This document shows positions 8,352 to 15,678 of a DNA stretch of 64,000 bases, piece by piece. Both the position numbers and the translations under genes were made by a program. The notes below the pieces were generated by a model that had not been told where the DNA came from, ran no database searches, and saw nothing but the letters and a program-made list of their open reading frames with translations. Positions within the stretch are counted from its first letter, which is position 1; each line of letters opens with the position of its first letter. The stretch comes from a virus: IMG/VR virus record IMGVR_UViG_3300027836_000007, positions 1 through 64,000 of that record. One strand, given 5' to 3'.

Positions 8352-8942
8352 ATGCCTAATTGGTGTAACAACTATCTCGAACTAGAACACGAAGATCCTG
8401 CTATGATTGAGCGGGCCCGCAAAGCGTTCAACGAAGGTAAGCTCTTGGAAGAGTTCTGCCCAGTGCCAGCAAGCCTACACATCGTAGCAGGCTCTGTAGG
8501 TGATCCAGACGAACAGAAGAAGTTGGAAGAAGACACAGCCCGTAACCTAGAGGTCCATGGATATGGCAACTGGTATGACTACTGCGTCAACGAGTGGGGC
8601 ACCAAGTGGGATGTGGGCGGGGATGGTATGACTGCTGGTGAAGACAGCCCTAACGCAACTTCTATGGGATTCGACAGTGCTTGGGCACCACCCATTGCCG
8701 CAATGGAGAAGTTCCAGGACTTGGGCTTTAAGGTCAAGCTCATCTATTGGGAATCGGGCATGTGCTTTGCTGGCTTGTTTGATGAGAACGGTGATGACTA
8801 CTTGGACTACAGTGATATGAGTGCCGATGACGTAGAAGCCAATATCAATTCCGAAGTGGACGAGTGTATGTGCATCGTAGAGAACCTGCGTGAGTGGGAA
8901 GAAGATAACAAAGAAGAGGAAGAAGAAAATGAAACCAAGTAA
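8352..8942 (+). CDS. DUF1281/YubB ferredoxin-like domain protein
   Basis: MPNWCNN, WYDYCVNEWGTKWD and FDSAWAPP motifs. Confidence 0.7.
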   Translation: MPNWCNNYLELEHEDPAMIERARKAFNEGKLLEEFCPVPASLHIVAGSVGDPDEQKKLEEDTARNLEVHGYGNWYDYCVNEWGTKWDVGGDGMTAGEDSPNATSMGFDSAWAPPIAAMEKFQDLGFKVKLIYWESGMCFAGLFDENGDDYLDYSDMSADDVEANINSEVDECMCIVENLREWEEDNKEEEEENETK

Positions 8943-9089
8943 AGAAGCAATGGATCAATTGGACGCTATTTTGGCAAAATGGGCTAAAGATTCAAAAGAA
9001 AATGGTTGACAAGCAACCCAAAAGGTAATATAATTAGAACATGGACAAGAAGTTCATATTTTTTAACACACACAGAAGAGGTAATTCAA

Positions 9090-9446
9090 ATGGCTACAGA
9101 TAAATTGTTTAACATCGTTGGCGTATCTAAACTCAATGGCGAGTATAAAGTTCGCTTCGCAACTGATATCATGCGTATCAAGGTCCTGGCTAAGTCAGGT
9201 CATGAAGACATCCGCTTGGCAGAGCTTGATAAGCCTGTAACTAAGTTGGAAGCCGCAAAGCAGATTGCTTTGATGGACGAGTTCCAAGATGCGGCAGCTC
9301 AGTCTACCATTGCTGAGTATATCGAAGACAAGAGCCCTAAGGCTCCAAAAGCCAAGGCAGCTCCTGCTCCTAAGGCTAAAGCAACTAAGGCTCCTGCCAA
9401 GAAGGCAACTGCTAAGGTTGTTGAGAACGAAGACGCTCCGTTCTAA
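9090..9446 (+). CDS. Hypothetical protein with Lys/Ala/Pro-rich (histone H1-like) tail
   Basis: Promoter 9006, GAGG RBS; KAPKAKAAPAPKAKATKAPAKKA; start reassigned to 9090. Confidence 0.75.
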   Translation: MATDKLFNIVGVSKLNGEYKVRFATDIMRIKVLAKSGHEDIRLAELDKPVTKLEAAKQIALMDEFQDAAAQSTIAEYIEDKSPKAPKAKAAPAPKAKATKAPAKKATAKVVENEDAPF

Positions 9447-9628
9447 TCAATGCGGTACGGGTGCTCTCTAAGTCGTGACTATGAACCCTACAGAGTCGTT
9501 GTACGCGACTTCGAGAGTTCACCCGCAGGCCGCGTTCTATGTATTATTGCTCGTGACAACCAACACGAAGCTGAACAGATAGCACAATCTATCTGCGACT
9601 TACTAAACAAACAACTACCACAAACAAC

Positions 9629-9817
9629 ATGAACTGGGAACTATACGAGGTCTGGGCTGTCGACACTGACGGCAACGAGGATCTTATCGATACCACAAAG
9701 AGTCTTAAAGAAGCCAAGGAAATGGCTACATGGAACTTGGGTGAGGATTGCGTCGAGTGCGTGATCTATGCCGAAGATCCAGAAGGCGAATTGGTTGAAT
9801 TAGAACGCATTAAATAA
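9629..9817 (+). CDS. Early hypothetical acidic protein
   Basis: 62-aa ORF overlapping upstream ORF 9450-9632. Confidence 0.65.
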   Translation: MNWELYEVWAVDTDGNEDLIDTTKSLKEAKEMATWNLGEDCVECVIYAEDPEGELVELERIK

Positions 9818-9824
9818 GATTACC

Positions 9825-9903
9825 GGGCCTCTAGCTCATGCTTGGTTAGAGCAGTGGACTCATAATCCATTGGTGCGGAGTTCGACTCTCCGGGGGCCCA
9901 CCA
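9825..9903 (+). tRNA. tRNA with CAT anticodon, most likely tRNA-Ile2 (lysidine-modified) rather than Met
   Basis: Cloverleaf: acceptor GGGCCTC/GGGGCCC, anticodon loop CT-CAT-AA, GTTCGA T-loop, encoded CCA; resembles bacterial ileX. Confidence 0.9.
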
Positions 9904-9907
9904 TATT

Positions 9908-9982
9908 CTGGCGTTCGTTCAACGGATAGGACAAGGCTCTTCTAAAGCCTTAATGGGGGTTCGATTCCCTCACGCCGGACCA
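9908..9982 (+). tRNA. tRNA-Arg(TCT)
   Basis: Acceptor CTGGCGT/ACGCCGG, anticodon arm AGGCT-CT TCT AA-AGCCT, GGTTCGATT, CCA end. Confidence 0.9.
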
Positions 9983-10047
9983 CTAGCGGTTGACGACTCT
10001 GCCCAAACCGTGTATAATTAACACATAAACACAGCAAGGAGCGAAAC

Positions 10048-10431
10048 ATGGAAGCATTCAAAAGTTGGGAAGAGATGAGCACACTAGAGCAGTATGCTTG
10101 CCAGTTCTGGGACATGTATAAGGATGCCTACAATGTTCGTCCCCGCGGTATTGATACCAGCTCCTGGACTGAAGCTGAGTTCGAAGCTGAGTTTGTTCAG
10201 TTGGCCAAGACCATTGAAGCCAACTACAAGGAACAGCTGGAGTCCGAAGCCAAGGCTGTAGAGCGTTTCGAAGCACAGGTCCAGAGCTTCATTGAGTCGG
10301 GTGCTAAGGATCGCGCAACTGCTATCCGTTGGTTCCATGAAGCTGAAGGTAGCAATGGTGATGACGAGTACCTTTGCTTCTTGCTAGGATTGCCCTACCG
10401 CTACTTTGTGGTTGACGCCCAGCCAGTTTGA
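10048..10431 (+). CDS. Conserved phage early protein (D-x-YKDAY-x-x-RPR motif)
   Basis: Own promoter and GGAGCGAA RBS. Confidence 0.8.
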   Translation: MEAFKSWEEMSTLEQYACQFWDMYKDAYNVRPRGIDTSSWTEAEFEAEFVQLAKTIEANYKEQLESEAKAVERFEAQVQSFIESGAKDRATAIRWFHEAEGSNGDDEYLCFLLGLPYRYFVVDAQPV

Positions 10432-10471
10432 TAGTATAATAAACACTTAAACACAATAAGGAGCGAAACTT

Positions 10472-10672
10472 ATGTATGATATTGTAACAAACCCAATCCC
10501 AAAGAGCAAACTGTTTGCCACTCCAGCTACAGAGCAGGACCTGTTCAATCGCATTGAACAGCTATCAGGTGCTGAGAAGGCACTGGCATTCCAAATCGCA
10601 ATGATGACATTCAACTTGTGTAACCACTTGGTGGAAACAAAGATCCTGTCTAAAGAGGTGTTCGCACAATGA
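10472..10672 (+). CDS. Early hypothetical protein
   Basis: Own promoter and GGAGCGAA RBS. Confidence 0.8.
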   Translation: MYDIVTNPIPKSKLFATPATEQDLFNRIEQLSGAEKALAFQIAMMTFNLCNHLVETKILSKEVFAQ

Positions 10673-10847
10673 ACGATATCCTTTACTTCTTTTATATGAC
10701 TATGGAACTGTGGATCTTCCTGGCGATCCTCATGCTGGCCCTGTTCGTTGAAGAAGGCGTCATAGCATACGGCAAGCGCAAAACGGTTGACAATCCTGCG
10801 CTCCGATAGTATAATAACTACTTAAACAGCAAACAGGAGCGAACCCA

Positions 10848-11048
10848 ATGCGTACACAAACAAACAAACTGCTAGAGATGATGGACGAAGGACTTATCTC
10901 AGCACAGGCCATTGCAGAGATGGCACTGTCTTACATGTCAGAAGATGACGTGGCAGACATGATGCGTAGCAACGACATCCTGGACGAAGAAGATGACGGC
11001 CAGCCCGACGAACAGCAAGAATGGGCGGACTTTGACGCAGACTGCTAG
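10848..11048 (+). CDS. Early highly acidic protein
   Basis: Own promoter and GGAGCGAA RBS; ends DGQPDEQQEWADFDADC. Confidence 0.8.
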   Translation: MRTQTNKLLEMMDEGLISAQAIAEMALSYMSEDDVADMMRSNDILDEEDDGQPDEQQEWADFDADC

Positions 11049-11111
11049 TTGACACACTGCCCAAAAGGCAGTATAATAACTACTTACACAAACACAATGG
11101 AGCGCAACATT

Positions 11112-11438
11112 ATGATTACAGCAGAACAAGTACTAGAAGCCAAAGGCATTGCTTATACAGCGTCAGTGGACATGTACAACAAGATGGGCCGCAAGGACGC
11201 ATTTGCATGTGGCTTTGCGTGGGTAGACGTCTACGTGGACCGTACTAACTCAGCCCAAGCCAAAGAGCTTATCAAAGCAGGCTTCAAAAAGGACTATAAG
11301 CCCAAGTGCTTGTCAATGTGGAATCCAGGCGACCTGCCAGTCCAAAACATCGACATCAAAGAAGCAGGTGCGGACGCTATGGCAGAGTACCTCAGGGCAC
11401 TGGGACTCCAAGCGTACTCAGGTAGCAGATTGGATTAA
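11112..11438 (+). CDS. Early hypothetical protein (CGFAWV motif)
   Basis: Promoter 11049, GGAGCG RBS; start reassigned to 11112. Confidence 0.75.
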   Translation: MITAEQVLEAKGIAYTASVDMYNKMGRKDAFACGFAWVDVYVDRTNSAQAKELIKAGFKKDYKPKCLSMWNPGDLPVQNIDIKEAGADAMAEYLRALGLQAYSGSRLD

Positions 11439-11516
11439 TGCTATATCAGAACACGTTGACAAACAGCGTGTTCGAGTATATAATTAATTCTTTAACAGCG
11501 TAACAAAGGAGCGAAG

Positions 11517-12386
11517 ATGGCAAAAGTACATACAGCAATTAGCCTAGCAAAGGCATCGGCAGAATCCAAAAGTTTGGCTATGGAGCCAGTAGAGAAAGTG
11601 CTTACGGAAACAGACGAAGAGATTTTGAATCGCCTGCGCGAACGCTTTGAAATCCTCGACGACATGACACGTGCCGTTAAGAAGGGCGCAGTTCGCGCTA
11701 TGATTGTCACAGGCCCTCCAGGTGTTGGCAAGAGCTTTGGTGTAGAGAAGGTCCTGAGCAAGCATGATACATTCGCAGACATTGCTAACGACAGCAAGCT
11801 GAAGAAGTACGAAGTAGTCAAGGGCGCAATGAGTGCCATTGGCTTGTACAGCAAGCTCTATGAGTACAGTGACAAGAAGTCTATCCTAGTGTTTGATGAC
11901 TGCGACTCAGTACTGTTAGACGACTTGAGCTTGAACATTCTTAAGGCTGCTCTGGACACTAGTAAGAAGCGTATGATCCATTGGAACACTGACAGCAGAC
12001 TCTTGCGTAGTGAAGGTGTCCCAAACAGCTTTGAATTCAAAGGCGGCGCTATCTTTATTACCAACATCAAGTTTGACCACGTGAAGAGCAAGAAGCTTCA
12101 GGATCACTTGGAAGCATTGGAAAGCCGTTGCCACTACTTGGACTTGACTATTGACACCCAGCGTGAGAAGGTACTGCGCATTAAGCAAGTGGTTACTGAG
12201 TGTGGCATGCTGGATGACTATGAGCTTACTGATGCGCACAAGCTAGAGGTAGTAGAGTTCGTAGACGCTAACAAGAACCGTATGCGTGAGCTGAGCTTGC
12301 GTACAGTACTTAAGGTAGCAGACTTACACGTTAGCTTCCCAGACAAGTGGAAGAGCGTAGCAGAGATGACTTGTATGCGCCACTAA
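11517..12386 (+). CDS. P-loop (AAA-like) ATPase
   Basis: Walker A GPPGVGKS, Walker B ILVFDDCD, ALESR arginine-finger-like segment. Confidence 0.85.
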   Translation: MAKVHTAISLAKASAESKSLAMEPVEKVLTETDEEILNRLRERFEILDDMTRAVKKGAVRAMIVTGPPGVGKSFGVEKVLSKHDTFADIANDSKLKKYEVVKGAMSAIGLYSKLYEYSDKKSILVFDDCDSVLLDDLSLNILKAALDTSKKRMIHWNTDSRLLRSEGVPNSFEFKGGAIFITNIKFDHVKSKKLQDHLEALESRCHYLDLTIDTQREKVLRIKQVVTECGMLDDYELTDAHKLEVVEFVDANKNRMRELSLRTVLKVADLHVSFPDKWKSVAEMTCMRH

Positions 12387-12563
12387 GCGTATACAGCATA
12401 GCTAGCCAAGCAGCCTACAAGAGCTGTACGCTAGCGAGTAGTAGACACGCCAACGATTCGCTCCCGGTAACGTGTCAACGTAGTACAGATGACGCCAACA
12501 AGGCAACGTCTGGTAAGCACTAGGATAAATCCGATTCGCTCCCGGTTCCTAGTGCTTTTTTTT
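12387..12563 (+). ncRNA. Candidate anti-RBS small RNA (3'-UTR derived)
   Basis: Three hairpins; two loops carry the same 15-mer CGATTCGCTCCCGGT (12454-12468, 12532-12546); ends in a terminator. Confidence 0.65.
12515..12563 (+). terminator. Rho-independent terminator closing the early region
   Basis: Stem AAGCACTAGGA/TCCTAGTGCTT followed by a T run. Confidence 0.85.
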
Positions 12564-12911
12564 GGCCCCGGGGTCGGTAATTATATTATCGAAATGGTGA
12601 GGGGGTCCGACTATACATATTATTCTTTGTTGCTTTTTTACAACAGCGCATGCCTTTTTCCCACCCCATAGGTGCCAAATCACCCCACCAAAAGTTTAAG
12701 TACTATCTTTATTTTTTTCGCGAGCATCCTGCGCAAATAGCAAAGACCCAATCGGGCAAGCCTGCGGCCCGCTTGTTCGGGTGCTGCCAAGCACACGACT
12801 TCACTGTAGCTTATAGTAAAAACAACCCCACCCTCACTGTAAGTACTGGCTCAATTTTTTTTGCGCTAGAAAAATATTCCCCGCCCTGATGCCTTTCGCA
12901 TAAGTATTAGC

Positions 12912-13103
12912 ATGAACCAACAGGATAATCACACTGTACAAAAGGACGGTAAGTACTATCGTTACGACTCAGATTACGACTGTTTCTACCGTGTATACAC
13001 ACGTGATGAATATAATGAATTTCCCCATTGGGACAAGTACAGCTGGATCTACGTTGTTTTATTCTTGTCTGCCATTGCTTACTATGTTGAGTATGTGCGA
13101 TGA
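12912..13103 (+). CDS. Small protein with C-terminal TM helix
   Basis: TAAGTA 5 nt before ATG. Confidence 0.6.
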   Translation: MNQQDNHTVQKDGKYYRYDSDYDCFYRVYTRDEYNEFPHWDKYSWIYVVLFLSAIAYYVEYVR

Positions 13104-13321
13104 TGCGTCAATACTACATACTAACGCTTGATCCACGTGCAGGTGAAGTGTTTAACTTTATTCGTGACCATAAGCTAACAGTGGATGTACACTTGAATCG
13201 TACACGCTTTTGGATAGCTGAAGATACTAGTGTGCTTACAGAGTTCTTATTACGCTTTAGTGATTGCTGTCCGTATGTAGATACCTGTGCGGATTTGGCT
13301 ACAGGACTACGCCCACTGTAG
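13100..13321 (+). CDS. Hypothetical protein
   Basis: ATGA overlap; VHLNRTRFW motif. Confidence 0.65.
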   Translation: MMRQYYILTLDPRAGEVFNFIRDHKLTVDVHLNRTRFWIAEDTSVLTEFLLRFSDCCPYVDTCADLATGLRPL

Positions 13322-13561
13322 TAAGAATAGGGTTTTGTGTTTGGCTAGCTTGAACGCTACGCAGGCTTGCCAATAGTCATGACTCGTTCCATTGTGATAC
13401 GCCCAGTGACTATAGTGACTGCCCACATAGCGGTTAAGCCATACTTCCATACACTCTGTAGCATTGACCCAATCCCATTGTCCATCGTTAATGACAACAG
13501 GCCAAGGGGCGGTAGCTATATGCTCAAAAGGATGTAAGTCTGGTAAGTACATGCTGGGCAT
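13307..13561 (-). CDS. Hypothetical protein
   Basis: Start reassigned to 13561, TAAATA 5 nt upstream; ends TLFLLQWA. Confidence 0.65.
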   Translation of the reverse strand: MPSMYLPDLHPFEHIATAPWPVVINDGQWDWVNATECMEVWLNRYVGSHYSHWAYHNGTSHDYWQACVAFKLAKHKTLFLLQWA

Positions 13562-13923
13562 ACATTTATTTATAGTTGAGGCACGCAAGCTGTAACTTAT
13601 AAATTGCGTTTTACCGCTTGCTACTTCGTAGCTATTTGGCTTATGCGGCTCCGCGCTTCGCGGAGTCTCGGGCTATATGAGCGGGTATTAATCCACATGC
13701 TCATATGGCTCTATAACACCAACCCAATCACACACATGTAATTTAAAATCACTGTTTAATTTCATTGCGTAACTGTCGGCACAACGTTTGGCGTAAGTAG
13801 GGTCGCCTAACATGGGATCACCTACTAGATCCATGCTTTGTTGTTTTTGCCCTGTTTGTTGGCTTGAAGCCAGGACTCTATATCTAGTTGCCATTATTGT
13901 TTCCTCTGCTTGGTAAATACACA

Positions 13924-14139
13924 ATGCGTATATTTAATGTACTTATCAGTTTATTGCCCACTCCTTTGTTTATACTAGGATTTATTTGGGAAGTAACGCA
14001 CACGTCTAACATGTGTGGCAACACCTGGAGTATGCCCGCCATGTGGGCTATTATGGCTGTGGCGCACTTGCCCAGCTGGTTTGTTTGGTGGGATCAACGA
14101 ACGTTGGCCAAATATAGACGTCCAGTTAAACAACAGTGA
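13924..14139 (+). CDS. Small membrane protein
   Basis: TAAATA 4 nt before ATG 13924; two hydrophobic segments. Confidence 0.55.
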   Translation: MRIFNVLISLLPTPLFILGFIWEVTHTSNMCGNTWSMPAMWAIMAVAHLPSWFVWWDQRTLAKYRRPVKQQ

Positions 14140-14379
14140 TATAATCCATCTGCTACCAGGGTCATCACCTGGTACATTTCCCATAGTCTATCAGGATATT
14201 GTTGGTAGTACTCTGCGGGGCTTTCACCAATGTCTACAGCTAGATAAACACCTCTAGGGCCACCAATCCAAGTGTCCCAACGTGTATCGTCATGTTGGCA
14301 ACAGCAATAGTCAAGTCCTTGTATATTGGTATAGTCTGACTGTTGGGGCTCTACTGAGTCTAGCATACATCAACCAGGG

Positions 14380-15678
14380 TTAAGTTGCTACTGTTATGGT
14401 ACCTACCATGGCAAGGTGAATTTGACAGATATAGTAGAACGTTCCAGTATTGGTCACACGCCATCTTACAGTGCCAACAGCTACTCCGTTATTTTCTGCA
14501 GTTGAAACTCCATTAACTGTACCTGTGACTGCTGAAGTTTTAACCCAGAATGGATGCGTTGGGGCATTTACCACAAAGTCCACAACATCGCCTGTTCTAA
14601 ATGTCAGCGCAGGATCGTTACCACTTACTGCTCCGTTACGGTCGGTGCCGCTTAGAGCATAAGCTGTACTGCCAACGTTTGTTACATTAATTGTAAACAA
14701 TTCGTCTAAAGACAATCCTACATCACTGTTGTAGAAGTATTCGCCAGTGCCGTCATTGGTAAATGCGCCGCCACTGTAGTTCCATTGTAAGAATTGTCCG
14801 CCGGCGCCGCCGCTGTTGCCCGTTATAAATCTAACAGGATAATAAGTGCCAGCTGTCAGCAAAAAGTTGCGGCTATATGTGTATGCCGCGCCGCGCAGTC
14901 CGGGCTGTGCTATGGCAGCATTGCTGGTAGAATAACCAGTAAGGGCTGTAGCACCAATCCACAAATAACCAGCATCATCTGACGCTATGCCAAATCCATA
15001 CACACCTGTTGCTGTAGCTAGGAAATAACCTATATACTGATAGCTTGTTGAAAGAGCAGCCAGGGTGGTGTTTATGTTATTTGTTACTCCGGTGTTAGTT
15101 GAACCTGCAAGGGTAAAGAAGTTGACATTATCATTATAGTAACCAGATTGTGTGTACTGAACTAGACCAGCAGTTGGATAAATTGTTCCCCTAAACTGTA
15201 TAAAATCTATTTGAAATTGATCCAAGCTACTGGAACCAAAATCAAATCTAACGTTGGTTATGGTGTTGTCAGTCCAGTCTGTTCCGCCCGCAGTTAATGT
15301 TCGCATGTCCAGAGTAATCAACTGATAGTTTATACCGTCCCAAGCGGGTTCAGGAATTTGTTTATAGAATGATGCGCTGGCTGTATGCCCAGCTGTTGAG
15401 TAATAGACTTTACCGTCCCATAATGATCCAGCAGTTCTAAAAATAAAAATTTGAATATAAGGATACTGTCTACCACTAAAACTAACGTTCTTTGATAGTA
15501 TAGGATCAACGCCGGTTGACGTCAGTGATATGGTATTTGCGCCCTGGGTTATTGTTGCGTTAGTAGGAACCCATCCGTCAGCAGTACCGGTAAACTGAGA
15601 CAGTATAGGAGCTGCTGCTGTGGTTACTCCTGTTGGTACTACAGCAAAATTGTTTCTATGCCAAAGAGCTGGACGCAT
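14380..15678 (-). CDS. Putative virion adhesin: carbohydrate-binding-like, PA14/GLEYA-like and C-terminal cupredoxin-like domains
   Basis: PA14-like SDDAGYLWIG...LTAGTYYPVR; blue-copper-like HPFW...YYICQIHLAMVG; coupled to the tail fibre gene. Confidence 0.6.
   Translation of the reverse strand: MRPALWHRNNFAVVPTGVTTAAAPILSQFTGTADGWVPTNATITQGANTISLTSTGVDPILSKNVSFSGRQYPYIQIFIFRTAGSLWDGKVYYSTAGHTASASFYKQIPEPAWDGINYQLITLDMRTLTAGGTDWTDNTITNVRFDFGSSSLDQFQIDFIQFRGTIYPTAGLVQYTQSGYYNDNVNFFTLAGSTNTGVTNNINTTLAALSTSYQYIGYFLATATGVYGFGIASDDAGYLWIGATALTGYSTSNAAIAQPGLRGAAYTYSRNFLLTAGTYYPVRFITGNSGGAGGQFLQWNYSGGAFTNDGTGEYFYNSDVGLSLDELFTINVTNVGSTAYALSGTDRNGAVSGNDPALTFRTGDVVDFVVNAPTHPFWVKTSAVTGTVNGVSTAENNGVAVGTVRWRVTNTGTFYYICQIHLAMVGTITVAT

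Larger units (their letters stand above)
1748..11484 (+). promoter_or_regulatory. Array of 20 early sigma70 promoters TTGACN-N17-TATAAT
   Basis: -35 boxes start at 1748, 2106, 2865, 3396, 3724, 4161, 4893, 5162, 5358, 5982, 6315, 6622, 7611, 8021, 9006, 9990, 10412, 10787, 11049, 11456; each has TATAAT exactly 17 nt later. Confidence 0.93.

Noticed and set aside
5358-11111. ORF-track starts at 5358, 9006 and 11049 (and 1732)
   Set aside because: They begin at or before the -35 box; downstream ATGs at 5406, 9090, 11112 and 1783 fit the promoter and RBS positions.
2101-11515. Repeated leaders as a CRISPR array or integron attC sites
   Set aside because: The repeats are promoter/RBS elements separated by whole genes; no constant short spacers, cas genes, integrase or attC-like structure.
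12489-12889. ORFs 12489-12671 and 12650-12889
   Set aside because: They cross or follow the terminator, lack an RBS and have unnatural composition.
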